From assembly GCA_031396695.1 (NCBI GenBank), contig JANNLG010000171.1, positions 6,053-70,052 on the forward strand: a stretch of DNA of 64,000 nt, in the 5' to 3' direction. This document shows positions 45,705 to 56,680 of the stretch, one piece after another (the first letter of the stretch is position 1; each line of letters begins with the position of its first letter). The notes under the pieces were generated by a model that saw only the letters and a list, made by a program, of their open reading frames with translations, was not told the origin of the DNA and made no database searches. This DNA is from Deltaproteobacteria bacterium (GTDB lineage Bacteria > Myxococcota_A > UBA9160 > SZUA-336). The position numbers were made by a program, and so were the translations under genes.

Positions 45705-46733
45705 ATGGCTGGAAACGTCGAGAAGGGTCGGAAGGTCGCGATCGTCGGTGCAACCGGTGCGGTCGGCGAGGTCTTGTTGCGCGTGCTCGAGGCGCGGAAC
45801 TTTCCGGTGGCCGAGCTGCGGCCGCTGGCGAGCGAGCGCTCGATCGGTACGACCATCCGCTTCCGCGGCGAGCAGATCCCGGTCGGGCTCGCGCAGCCCG
45901 ACGCCTTCGACGGGCTCGATTTCGTGTTCTTCGCCGCGACCGGCGCGCTCTCGAAGACGCTCGGCCCCGAAGTGGCGAAGCGCGGCGCGATCGCGATCGA
46001 CAAGTCGAGCACCTGGCGCATGGACCCGGACGTGCCGCTGGTCGTGCCCGAGATCAACGGCGCCGCAGTCGAGCAGCACAAGGGCATCATCGCCTGCCCG
46101 AACTGCACCACCATCCCGTTCGTGATGGCGCTCGAGCCGCTGCGCCGGCTGTCGCCGCTTCGCCGCGCGGTGATCACGACGTTCCAGTCCGTTTCGGGCG
46201 CGGGTCTGCCCGGGATCGAGGAGCTCGAGTCGCAGCTGAACGCGCTGCACGACCACAAGCCCCTGCCTGAGCCCAAGAACTTCGCGCGTCAGATTGCGAA
46301 CAATGTGGTGTCGCTGTGCGGCTCGTTCGGCGACGACGGCTACACGGACGAGGAAGCGAAGCTGCTCCACGAGTCGCGCAAGATCCTGGAAGACAAGAGC
46401 TTCGAGGTCGCGATGACTTGCGTGCGCGTGCCGGTGCCGGTCGGGCACTCGGCTTCGGTGCTGCTCGAGACGGCCTCGCCGATCTCGCCAGACGCCGCGC
46501 GCCGTGCGCTCGAGGCGTTCCCCGGCATCGTCGTGATGGACGATCCCAAGCACAACATCGTTCCGACGCCGGCCGACGCCGCGGGCCGCGACGAGGTCTT
46601 CGTCGGGCGCATCCGCAAGGACCTGACGAGCGATCGACTCTGGCTCTGGACGGTCGGCGACAACCTGCGCAAGGGCGCGGCCACCAACGCGGTGCAGATC
46701 GCCGAAGAGCTGATGCGCCGGGGACTTCGCTGA
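45705..46733 (+). CDS. asd: Aspartate-semialdehyde dehydrogenase.
   Basis: ATG at 45705 (MAGNVEKGRKVAIVGATGAVGEVLLRVLEARNFPVAELRPLASERSIG...), with the active-site region ...IIACPNCTTIPFVMAL... and the Asd C-terminus. Confidence 0.9.
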   Translation: MAGNVEKGRKVAIVGATGAVGEVLLRVLEARNFPVAELRPLASERSIGTTIRFRGEQIPVGLAQPDAFDGLDFVFFAATGALSKTLGPEVAKRGAIAIDKSSTWRMDPDVPLVVPEINGAAVEQHKGIIACPNCTTIPFVMALEPLRRLSPLRRAVITTFQSVSGAGLPGIEELESQLNALHDHKPLPEPKNFARQIANNVVSLCGSFGDDGYTDEEAKLLHESRKILEDKSFEVAMTCVRVPVPVGHSASVLLETASPISPDAARRALEAFPGIVVMDDPKHNIVPTPADAAGRDEVFVGRIRKDLTSDRLWLWTVGDNLRKGAATNAVQIAEELMRRGLR

Positions 46734-46746
46734 GCGAGGCGCGCCC

Positions 46747-48687
<1,941 letters not shown>

Positions 48688-48709
48688 CCACGAGCTGCGA
48701 GTATACGAC

Positions 48710-49813
48710 TCAGGCCGCCGCGGGCGTCTCCGGTAGCGGACCGACGTAGCGCGAGCCGGGCCGGATGATGCGCGAGCTCTGGCGCTGCTCGTCGATGTGC
48801 GCGAGCCAGCCCGCCACGCGCGCGACCGCGAAGGTCGGCGAGAACAGCTCCTGCGGCAGACCGATCGCGTCGAGCAGCACGGCCGTGTAGAACTCGACGT
48901 TCGCGGCCATGCGGCGCTCGGGGCGGCGCTCGCCGAGCGACGCGACGGCGACGCGCTCGACCGCGCGCGCGAGATCGAGCCGATCGCTGCGCAGGCCCGT
49001 CTCGCGCAGGCGCTCGACGGCGCGCTCGAGCACTGCCGCCCGCGGATCGCGCACGCGGTACACGCGGTGGCCCATGCCCATGATGCGCCGGCCCGAAGCC
49101 AGCTCGCCGGTGATCCAGCTCGAGGCGTTCTCGGGCGTGCCGATCGCGTCGAGCATCGCGAGCACCGGCCCGGGCGCGCCGCCGTGGCGCGGCCCCTTCA
49201 GCGCGCCGAGTGCAGCCACCACGGCCGACACCGTGTCGGAGTCGGTCGAAGCGACCACGCGCGCGGTGAACGTGGATGCGTTCATGCCGTGATCGGCGGC
49301 GGTGACCAGGTACGCGTCGAGCGCGCGGCTGCGCGCCGGATCGCTGCCGTGCGCGCTCGCCATGCGCAGGTAGTCGGCGGCGTGACCGAGCGCGGGATCG
49401 GGTGCGATCGGCGCCGAGCCGCGCTGTTTGCGCGCCCACGCCGCCGCGAAGACCGCGACCGAAGCCGTGAGCTCGGCACGCAGCTCGCACTCCGGAATCT
49501 CGCTCGCGCGCAGCTGCGCGAGCGCCCCGCGCACGGCCTCCATGCCGTCGGGCGCATCGAGCGCGCGGCCGAGCGAGCGCAGGCGCGCGAACGCGCGAAC
49601 GCGTGCTCGGCCCAACTCCTCACGCACGTCCTCGTGCGCAATCGGACCGGGCAGCTCGCCGCTCCAGAGCAGCGCGCAGGCCGCCTCGAAATCGGCTCGC
49701 TGCGCGAGCTGCTCCACGTCGTGCCCGCGCACCACCAGGCGGCCGCGCTCGCCGTCGACGTCGGAAAGGCAGGTCTCCGCCACCACCACGCCCTCGAGTC
49801 CATCCATCTGCAT
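48710..49813 (-). CDS. Citrate synthase family protein (citrate synthase / citryl-CoA lyase-like).
   Basis: ATG at 49813 (MQMDGLEGVVVAETCLSDVDGERGRLVVRGHDVEQLA...), ...LVTAADHGMNASTFTARVVASTDSDTVSAVVAALGALKGPRHGGA...GMGHRVYRVRDPRA... are citrate-synthase active-site blocks. The upstream 400 codons of the ORF are junk. Confidence 0.75.
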   Translation of the reverse strand: MQMDGLEGVVVAETCLSDVDGERGRLVVRGHDVEQLAQRADFEAACALLWSGELPGPIAHEDVREELGRARVRAFARLRSLGRALDAPDGMEAVRGALAQLRASEIPECELRAELTASVAVFAAAWARKQRGSAPIAPDPALGHAADYLRMASAHGSDPARSRALDAYLVTAADHGMNASTFTARVVASTDSDTVSAVVAALGALKGPRHGGAPGPVLAMLDAIGTPENASSWITGELASGRRIMGMGHRVYRVRDPRAAVLERAVERLRETGLRSDRLDLARAVERVAVASLGERRPERRMAANVEFYTAVLLDAIGLPQELFSPTFAVARVAGWLAHIDEQRQSSRIIRPGSRYVGPLPETPAAA

Positions 49814-49856
49814 CGCACTTCTCCTTGGACCTCTACCTTGCCGCTGATCCATTACT

Positions 49857-49882
49857 TGATCAACGTTGATCGATCGATCAAG
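49857..49882. promoter_or_regulatory. Composite palindromic operator candidate in a divergent promoter region.
   Basis: TTGATCAACGTTGATCGATCGATCAA contains the self-complementary blocks TTGATCAA and CAACGTTG and a perfect 16-bp palindrome TTGATCGATCGATCAA (49866-49881). There are five GATC sites within about 40 bp, and the GC content is locally low. Confidence 0.45.
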
Positions 49883-49891
49883 ATACGAGCC

Positions 49892-51133
49892 GTGAAGACG
49901 CGAACCGACGCAGCGCTCTGCGCGCGCGAGGCGGCCGAATTCCTGGGCGTGAAGCTCGCGACGCTCTACGCCTACGCGAGCCGCGGCCGCTTGAAGAGTG
50001 TGTCCGGGACGCGCGGCCGCGCGCGGCGCTACGCGCGCGCCGATCTCGAGGCACTGCGCGCGCGCAGCGCCGGACCCGCCGCGGGCGCGCTGCGCTTCGG
50101 CGAGCCGGTGCTCGAGACGCGCATCACCGACATGACTCCGCTCGGGCCGGTCTACCGCGACCGGCTCGCGAGCGAGCTCGCGAGCGCACGCGCTCCCTTC
50201 CCGTCGGTCGCGGAGCTGCTTTGGACCGGCGCCCTGCCCGCGCGCGCGCCGAGCTGGCCCGCCGGCGCGACGATCTGGCCGGCGCGCGAGCTCGCGAAGC
50301 TCGTGCCGCGCGGCAGCCCACCGCTCGGCGCGCTCGCGATCGCGCTGCCGGTGCTCGCGGCGAACGATGCCTCGCGCTTCGACGCGCGACCCGAGGCCGT
50401 GCTCGCGCGCGCGCGCGGCTTGCTGCCGCAGCTCGCGGCCTCGTACGCGCTCGCGCTCGATCCACGCCGGCTCGCACCCGCGCTCGAGGCCGGCGACCCG
50501 GCGCGCGCGCTCGCGATCGCGCTCGGCGCGCCGACCACGAAGCCCGCGCTCGAGCTCCTGAACGTCGCACTCGTGCTGCTCGCCGATCACGAGCTGAACT
50601 CGTCCACGTTCGCGGCGCGCGTGGCGGCCTCGACCGGCGCCGACCTGTACGCGTGTCTCGGCGCCGCGGTCGCCGCGCTCAGCGGACCGCTGCACGGCGG
50701 CGCGAGCGAGCAGGTCGAGATCCTCGCTCGCGAAGCTGCGAACGCCGCCGGCGCGGCCAGCGCCGTGCGCGATCGCATGCGCCGCGGCGAGCGCATTCCC
50801 GGATTCGGTCACTCGCTCTATCCGGATGGCGATCCGCGCGTGCCGCCGCTGCTCGAGGCCGCAAGACGGCTTGCCCCACGCGCGCCGCGCGTGAAGACGA
50901 TCGCGGCGATCCTCCACGCGATGGACGAGGCCGGCCGGCCCAAGCCCAACGTCGACGTGGCGCTCGCCTGCGCCTGCGCTGCGCTCGATCTGCCCCAAGG
51001 CCAGGGCCCGGCGATCTTCGCGATCGGCCGCGCGGCGGGCTGGGTTGCCCACATCCTGGAGCAGTACGAGGCCGGCTTCGTGCTGCGACCGCGCGCCCGT
51101 TGGGCGGGCCCCGCTGGTATGCTGCGCGCGTGA
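49892..51133 (+). CDS. Citrate synthase family protein with an N-terminal helix-turn-helix (MerR/excisionase-like) DNA-binding domain.
   Basis: GTG at 49892: (M)KTRTDAALCAREAAEFLGVKLATLYAYASRGRLKSV... is the HTH_17-like domain, followed by a citrate-synthase-like domain (...LVLLADHELNSSTFAARVAASTGADLYACLGAAVAALSGPLHGGA...GFGHSLYPDGDPR...). Confidence 0.75.
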   Translation: MKTRTDAALCAREAAEFLGVKLATLYAYASRGRLKSVSGTRGRARRYARADLEALRARSAGPAAGALRFGEPVLETRITDMTPLGPVYRDRLASELASARAPFPSVAELLWTGALPARAPSWPAGATIWPARELAKLVPRGSPPLGALAIALPVLAANDASRFDARPEAVLARARGLLPQLAASYALALDPRRLAPALEAGDPARALAIALGAPTTKPALELLNVALVLLADHELNSSTFAARVAASTGADLYACLGAAVAALSGPLHGGASEQVEILAREAANAAGAASAVRDRMRRGERIPGFGHSLYPDGDPRVPPLLEAARRLAPRAPRVKTIAAILHAMDEAGRPKPNVDVALACACAALDLPQGQGPAIFAIGRAAGWVAHILEQYEAGFVLRPRARWAGPAGMLRA

Positions 51134-51245
51134 GCGGCAAGCCCGAGGTCGATGAGCGGATCGGTCCGTCAGTGGTTCGAATGCGGTGCGGCGAGCTCGG
51201 ATCGAAAACCCGCGGCCTTTTGCCGTGACTACCCCGGAGGCGTGA

Positions 51246-52070
51246 ATGTACGAGCAGATCCTCTACTCGGTCGAAGACCCCGTCGCGCTGATCACGCTGA
51301 ATCGGCCGGAGCGACTGAACGCCTGGACCGATCGCATGGGCGACGAGCTGCGCCACGCGATCGCGCGCGCGGAGGCCGACAAGAGCGTGGTCGGCATCGT
51401 GCTCACCGGGGCGGGCCGCGGCTTCTGCGCGGGTGCGGACCTGAAGGGACTGCAGGCGATCACCGTTGGCGAGCGCGAGCGCGGCGGCACCGCTTCGGGA
51501 CTCGCCGCCGACCCCGGCGACACCGAAATGGGTGAGTCGTTCCGCAAGCACTACTCGTACCTGATGTCGGTGCGCAAACCGATCATTGCCGCGATCAACG
51601 GACCGTGCGCCGGCATGGCGATGCCGATCGCGCTGTTCTGCGATCTGCGCTTCGCGGCCGAGAGCGCGACCTTCACGACCGCCTTCGTGCGCCGCGGCCT
51701 GATCGCGGAGTGGGGCCTGGCCTGGACGCTGCCGCGGCTGGTCGGCTCCGCGCACGCGCTCGACCTGTTGCTCTCGGGCCGCAAGATCGATGCGCGCGAA
51801 GCCGAGCGGATCGGGCTCGTGAATCGCGTGCTCTCCGACGAAAAGCTGGTCGCCCACTGCGTCGACTACGTGCGCGAGCTGGCGGCGAACGCCTCGCCGG
51901 CCTCGATGATGGTGATGAAGCGGCAGGTCTACCAGCAGCTCACGAGTGAACTCGGCCCGGCGTGCGACGAGGCCGTGAAGCTGATGGTGGAAAGCTTCTC
52001 GCGACCCGACTTCAAGGAGGGCGTGCAGTCCTTCCTGGAACGGCGACCGCCGAAGTTCCCGCGCGTCTAG
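51246..52070 (+). CDS. Enoyl-CoA hydratase/isomerase (crotonase) family protein.
   Basis: MYEQILYSVEDPVALITLNRPERLNAW...VLTGAGRGFCAGADLKG... is the crotonase oxyanion-hole motif. A GGAGG SD lies 8 nt upstream. Confidence 0.9.
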   Translation: MYEQILYSVEDPVALITLNRPERLNAWTDRMGDELRHAIARAEADKSVVGIVLTGAGRGFCAGADLKGLQAITVGERERGGTASGLAADPGDTEMGESFRKHYSYLMSVRKPIIAAINGPCAGMAMPIALFCDLRFAAESATFTTAFVRRGLIAEWGLAWTLPRLVGSAHALDLLLSGRKIDAREAERIGLVNRVLSDEKLVAHCVDYVRELAANASPASMMVMKRQVYQQLTSELGPACDEAVKLMVESFSRPDFKEGVQSFLERRPPKFPRV

Positions 52071-52080
52071 AGGAGTCCGC

Positions 52081-53535
52081 ATGGTCGGGTGGCTCTGGCT
52101 CGCTCCGTTCATCCTCGCCTTCACACCGACGGCGATCTGGCTGTACCAGCGCGGCACGCAATCGGCGTTCAGCGAGGTGCACACGCTGTTCATGCCGCTC
52201 GTGCTCGCGTACCTGATTCGCGAGCAGCTGAAGCTCGATCCGGACCCGACCCCGCGCTCGTCAGCACTGGGCTTCCTGTTCGTCGTGCCCGCGCTGGCGC
52301 TGGTCGCGCTCGACGCGGCGATGCACACGCAGATGCTGGGCGCGATCGCGCTGGTGATTGCGCTGCCGGGGATCTCGCTGCTCCTGCTCGGCACGCGCCG
52401 CACGCGCGAGCTCGCGTTCCCGCTCGCGCTGGCCGTGTTCATCGTGCCGATTCCCACGGGCATGCTGACGCCGCTCTACAGCGTGCTGCGGCCGATCGCC
52501 GCGATCGGCACGACCTGGCTGGTGCCGCTGTTCGGCATGCCGATCGCGCGCGTCGGCACGGCGCTCTCGGTGCCGGGACTCGCGGTCGAGGTCGCGGACA
52601 ACTGCTCCGGCTGGTCGTCGCTGCAGGCCGCGGTGATCACGGCGCTGGTGCTCGCGCACTTCTCGAGCTCGAAACAGCGGAGGCTCGCGCTACTGCTCTC
52701 CGCCATCCCGGTCGCGATCGTCTGCAACATCCTGCGCGTGACCGCGCTCGTGTTGCTGGCGCAACGCTACGGCGCCGAGCTGCTCGACACCACGCTGCAT
52801 CCCGCGTCGGGCGTGATCCTGTTCGGTGTCGTGATCGCGGTGCTGTTCGCGATCGCGGGACCCGACGCCATGCGCTCGGCCAAGGCTTCGGGCCAGCGCG
52901 TCGTCGTCGCGACGCGCTACGCGCTGGCGCTCGCGGCGCTCTGCGCGCTCGCGCTGATCCCGGTCGGCATGCACTCGACCGCGCGCCTGCGCGGCGACGA
53001 CTGCGCGAACGCCGCCGCGCTCGTGCCCTCGGACGGAAGCGTCGATCCCGCCCGCGCGCTGTTGATGCAGCAGCAGTACAAGGCCTCGCAGTGGCGCGAG
53101 GGTACGCTGCCGGCAACCGCGGACACGCCGGCGCTTCGCTACGCCGTGATTCGCAACTACGAACCGAGGCTGCTCTACTACCGCGGCTCGCGCCGGCTCT
53201 GGCAGGACGTCGAGCCTGGCGCCGACACCATCGAGTGGCTGGAGTCCGACGACGGCCGGCTGCCGATCGTGCGCTCGCAGCTCGCGGGCGATCGGCCGGG
53301 GCAGCCGCGCGCGGTGATCGCGTCGCTGCTCGTCTACGAGGGCGAGCCCGTCGAAACCGGCTGGCGCGCGCAGCTCCGCGCGGCGCCGCGCCAGATGTTC
53401 ACGGGCAGTCGCCCGATGACCTTGTTCACGGTACGGGGTGACGTGCAGGGCGGCGATCACGCGGCGGTGGAAAAGCGCGCGCACGCGTACCTGCTCGATT
53501 CGTGGCGAACCTACCGGGCTCTGTGCCGGCACTGA
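52081..53535 (+). CDS. Exosortase (Xrt) family transpeptidase fused to a C-terminal EpsI-like domain.
   Basis: Eight TM helices with the exosortase catalytic Cys and Arg motifs (...VEVADNCSGWSSL...CNILRVTAL...), then a soluble C-terminal domain resembling EpsI (...SDGSVDPARALLMQQQYKASQWREGTLPAT...IASLLVYEGEPVETGWRAQL...). Confidence 0.75.
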   Translation: MVGWLWLAPFILAFTPTAIWLYQRGTQSAFSEVHTLFMPLVLAYLIREQLKLDPDPTPRSSALGFLFVVPALALVALDAAMHTQMLGAIALVIALPGISLLLLGTRRTRELAFPLALAVFIVPIPTGMLTPLYSVLRPIAAIGTTWLVPLFGMPIARVGTALSVPGLAVEVADNCSGWSSLQAAVITALVLAHFSSSKQRRLALLLSAIPVAIVCNILRVTALVLLAQRYGAELLDTTLHPASGVILFGVVIAVLFAIAGPDAMRSAKASGQRVVVATRYALALAALCALALIPVGMHSTARLRGDDCANAAALVPSDGSVDPARALLMQQQYKASQWREGTLPATADTPALRYAVIRNYEPRLLYYRGSRRLWQDVEPGADTIEWLESDDGRLPIVRSQLAGDRPGQPRAVIASLLVYEGEPVETGWRAQLRAAPRQMFTGSRPMTLFTVRGDVQGGDHAAVEKRAHAYLLDSWRTYRALCRH

Positions 53536-55769
53536 GCACACGCACCGCGTTCCGAACCTGCCCGATCTGCGAGGCGAGCTGTGGACTCGCGCTCTCGCTC
53601 GAGGGCGAGCGCGTGCTGCGTGTGCGCGGAGACGAGCGCGACGTCACCAGCCGCGGCTACCTGTGCCCGAAGGGCGCCGCGCTCGGCGAGCTGCACCACG
53701 ACCCCGACCGGCTGCGCACACCGCTCGTGCGCGGGCCCGAGGGTCTGCGCGCGGCGAGCTGGGACGAGGCGTTCGCGGAGATCGAGCGGCGCCTGCAGCC
53801 GGTGATCGAGCGACACGGCCGCGGATCGGTCGCCGTCTACGTCGGCAATCCCACCGCGCACGACTACTCGCTCTACGCCTATCTGCCCGCGCTGCTGCTG
53901 GCGGCCGGCACGCACCAGCTCTACACGGCGGGCACGGTCGACCAGCAGCCGAAGCAGGTCGCGGTGAACTGCATGTTCGGCACGGCCTGGGGCATTCCCG
54001 TGCCGGACGTCGACCGCACGCAGTATCTGCTCGTGCTGGGCGCGAACCCGGCGGCTTCAAACGGGAGCCTGCTGGTCGCGCCGGATCTACAGGGCCGGCT
54101 CGACGCGATCCGCGCGCGCGGCGGGCGCGTGGTGGTGGTCGATCCGCGCCGCACGAAGACCGCCGAACGCGCCGATGAATGGCTGCCGATCCGACCTGGC
54201 ACCGACGCGCTGTTCCTGTTCGCGCTGGTGAACACGCTGTTCGCGGAGGGGCGCGTCGCACTCGGCGCGCTCGGCGCGCACGTGAACGGAGTCGAGCGGC
54301 TGCGCGAGCTCGCGGCGGAGTTCACGCCGGAATCGGTCGAGGCGCGTTGCCGGATTCCCGCAACCACGATTCGCAGGATCGCGCGCGAGCTGGCGAGCGC
54401 CGAGCGCGCCGCCGTGTACGGCCGCGTCGGCACCTGCACGCAGGAGTTCGGCACGCTCGCGAGTTGGGGGATCGACGCGCTGAACGTGCTCACCGGAAAC
54501 CTCGATCGCGTCGGCGGCGTGATGTGGAGCCGGCCGCTGGCCGGCGGCGACCACACGCGCGGCGCGAAGGGGCGCGGACCGGAGTTCCAGGTCGGCCGCT
54601 TCCGCACGCGCGTGCGCGGGGCGCCCGAGGTTCTGTTCCAGCTGCCCGCCGCCTGCCTCGCCGAAGAGATCGACACCCCCGGCGAGGGACAGATCCGCGC
54701 GCTCGTGGTGATCGCCGGAAATCCCGCACTCTCGGTGCCCGACGGCGAGCGGCTCGACCGCGCGCTGGCGCAGCTCGACTGTCTGGTCTCGCTCGACCTG
54801 TTCGTGAACGAGACCGCGCGCCACGCACACGTCGTGCTGCCGTCGCCCTCGCCGCTGCAACAGCCGCACTACGACGCCCTGCTCTATCAGGTCGCCGTGC
54901 GCAACGCCGCACGCTACTCGAAGCCCGTCCTGCCGCTCGACGTCGACGCGCTGCCGGAGTGGCAGATCATGCTGCGCCTGGCCGCGATCTTCGCCGGCCA
55001 GGGCGCGAAGGCGGACGCGAACGCGCTCGACGACGGCTACTTCGCCGCGCGGCTACACGCACAGGTGTCGGACCCGAGCTCGCCGATCCACGGCCGCGAC
55101 CCGGGCGAGCTGGTCGCGCTCGCCGCCGGACGGCGCGGGCCCGAGCGCATCCTCGACCTCGAACTGCGCACCGGTCCCTACGGAGACGGCTTCGGCGCCG
55201 TGCCGGGCGGGCTCTCGCTCGCGGAGCTCGAGCGCCACCCGCACGGGCTCGATCTCGGTCCGCTCGAGCCTGCGCTGCCGGACGTGCTGCGCACGCCGAG
55301 CGGCAAGATCGAGCTCGCGCATCCATACCTGGCCGCCGACCTGCCGCGGCTGCGCGAGCGCCTGTCGCGTCCTGACGACGACGGGCTGCTGCTGATCGGC
55401 CGGCGCGACCTGCGCTCGAACAACTCGTGGCTGCACAACGCGCCGTCGCTGATGACCGGTCGCGAGCGCTGCACGCTGGTCGTGCACCCCGCCGACGCCG
55501 CCGAGCGCGGCCTCGGCGGCGGCGATCTCGCGCAGATCCGTTCCGCGGCTGCGACGCTGGTGGTCGCGGTAGAGGTCAGCGACGAGGTCGCGCGCGGCGT
55601 CGTGTGCTTGCCGCACGGCTTCGGACACGGCCGGGCGGGCGCGCGTCTCACGGTCGCCGCACGCCGACCCGGCGTGAACTCGAACGCGCTCTCGGATGCC
55701 CGCGCGCTCGACGCGCCGTCGGGAACCGCGGTCGTGAACGGCATCCCGGTCGAGGTCGCACGCGCCTGA
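53502..55769 (+). CDS. Molybdopterin (bis-MGD) oxidoreductase family protein with an N-terminal 4Fe-4S motif. An alternative GTG start at 53523 is possible. The first 34 nt overlap the exosortase gene.
   Basis: ...RTCPICEASCGLALSLEGERVLRVRGDERDVTSRGYLCPKG... is a C-x2-C-x3-C...C cluster, followed by molybdopterin oxidoreductase domains and a C-terminal molybdopterin dinucleotide-binding domain. It has no in-frame TGA. Confidence 0.85.
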   Translation: MANLPGSVPALSTRTAFRTCPICEASCGLALSLEGERVLRVRGDERDVTSRGYLCPKGAALGELHHDPDRLRTPLVRGPEGLRAASWDEAFAEIERRLQPVIERHGRGSVAVYVGNPTAHDYSLYAYLPALLLAAGTHQLYTAGTVDQQPKQVAVNCMFGTAWGIPVPDVDRTQYLLVLGANPAASNGSLLVAPDLQGRLDAIRARGGRVVVVDPRRTKTAERADEWLPIRPGTDALFLFALVNTLFAEGRVALGALGAHVNGVERLRELAAEFTPESVEARCRIPATTIRRIARELASAERAAVYGRVGTCTQEFGTLASWGIDALNVLTGNLDRVGGVMWSRPLAGGDHTRGAKGRGPEFQVGRFRTRVRGAPEVLFQLPAACLAEEIDTPGEGQIRALVVIAGNPALSVPDGERLDRALAQLDCLVSLDLFVNETARHAHVVLPSPSPLQQPHYDALLYQVAVRNAARYSKPVLPLDVDALPEWQIMLRLAAIFAGQGAKADANALDDGYFAARLHAQVSDPSSPIHGRDPGELVALAAGRRGPERILDLELRTGPYGDGFGAVPGGLSLAELERHPHGLDLGPLEPALPDVLRTPSGKIELAHPYLAADLPRLRERLSRPDDDGLLLIGRRDLRSNNSWLHNAPSLMTGRERCTLVVHPADAAERGLGGGDLAQIRSAAATLVVAVEVSDEVARGVVCLPHGFGHGRAGARLTVAARRPGVNSNALSDARALDAPSGTAVVNGIPVEVARA

Positions 55770-55784
55770 GCGGGCGATCTCGAG

Positions 55785-56654
55785 TCAGGCGTAGCCGGCG
55801 GGCAGCTCGCGGGCCGGTGATTCCTCGAGCAGGTAGCTGCGATTGCAGAACGCTTCGCGGAAGCCGACGCGCTGGTAGACGTGGCGGGCGGCTTCGTTCG
55901 CCTCGTCACAGTAGAGTGTCACGATCTCGTAGCGATCGAAGAGCCGGGCGCAGATGCCGCGAACGCCCTCTGTCGCGTGACCGCAGCCGCGCGCAGCGCG
56001 CGGGACGAACACGCCGCCGAGCTGCACCGTGTTCGCGCTGGCTGCGCCGACGTGCACCTGGAACACGATCCGGCCGCGCGCGCGCGCGATCCACCAGCGG
56101 CCGTCGCGCACGTCGCTCGCGTGGCGCTCGCGGAAGCCCGCGGCGTCGGCGGCCTCGCGGTCGTCGTGCAGGTCTTCGCGGTGCTGCTCCGCGCTGTTCG
56201 CGGTCAGCTCGAGCAGGTCGGACGCGCGCGCCGGCTCGAGCAGCATGCGCTGCGCGGCGGCGCTCGGCCCGCACAGCTCGGCCGCGCGCGCGGCGAACAC
56301 CGGCTCGCGGCGCGTCCAGCGCAGACCCGGGGCGTGGCGCTGGTACTCGCTCCAGAACGGCTCGGTGACGTCCTCGCTGCCCACGATGTGACGCGGCCGG
56401 ATTGCCGTGCGCGCGGCCGCCGCCGCGAGCGGTGCGAACGCGCGCGCGTCGCGCACTTCGAGCGCGGTTCCCCCTTGCGGGCCGATCATCAGCACCGCCT
56501 CGAGCCGCCCGCCGGGCGCGTAGCCGTAGAAGCCCGGCACCCGGCCCAGCACGCCGGCCGCGACCACGTAGTCGAGAAACACGTTGTGGAGCGGCCGCGC
56601 GCGCAGCAGCGCGCGGGCGTCGAAGCCGTCGGCGGCGGTCAGGGGGCGAACCAT
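55785..56654 (-). CDS. GNAT-family N-acetyltransferase (two-domain).
   Basis: The C-terminal acetyl-CoA binding pattern (...QLGGVFVPRAARGCGHATEGVRGICARLF...) and overall GNAT-like architecture. Confidence 0.7.
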   Translation of the reverse strand: MVRPLTAADGFDARALLRARPLHNVFLDYVVAAGVLGRVPGFYGYAPGGRLEAVLMIGPQGGTALEVRDARAFAPLAAAAARTAIRPRHIVGSEDVTEPFWSEYQRHAPGLRWTRREPVFAARAAELCGPSAAAQRMLLEPARASDLLELTANSAEQHREDLHDDREAADAAGFRERHASDVRDGRWWIARARGRIVFQVHVGAASANTVQLGGVFVPRAARGCGHATEGVRGICARLFDRYEIVTLYCDEANEAARHVYQRVGFREAFCNRSYLLEESPARELPAGYA

Positions 56655-56680
56655 CGGCGTCAGGGTACCATCGCGCTCCG

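Noticed and set aside
51134-51245. A GGTTCGAAT T-loop-like motif (about 51173-51181), suggesting a tRNA in the gap before the crotonase gene.
   Set aside because: The flanks cannot form a 5-bp T-stem, a D-arm or an acceptor stem. I see no tRNA cloverleaf, so this is a chance match.
53502-55769. Whether the molybdopterin oxidoreductase (formate-dehydrogenase-like) is itself a selenoprotein.
   Set aside because: Its frame is uninterrupted by TGA, and the N-terminal cluster uses Cys throughout. Nothing suggests Sec.
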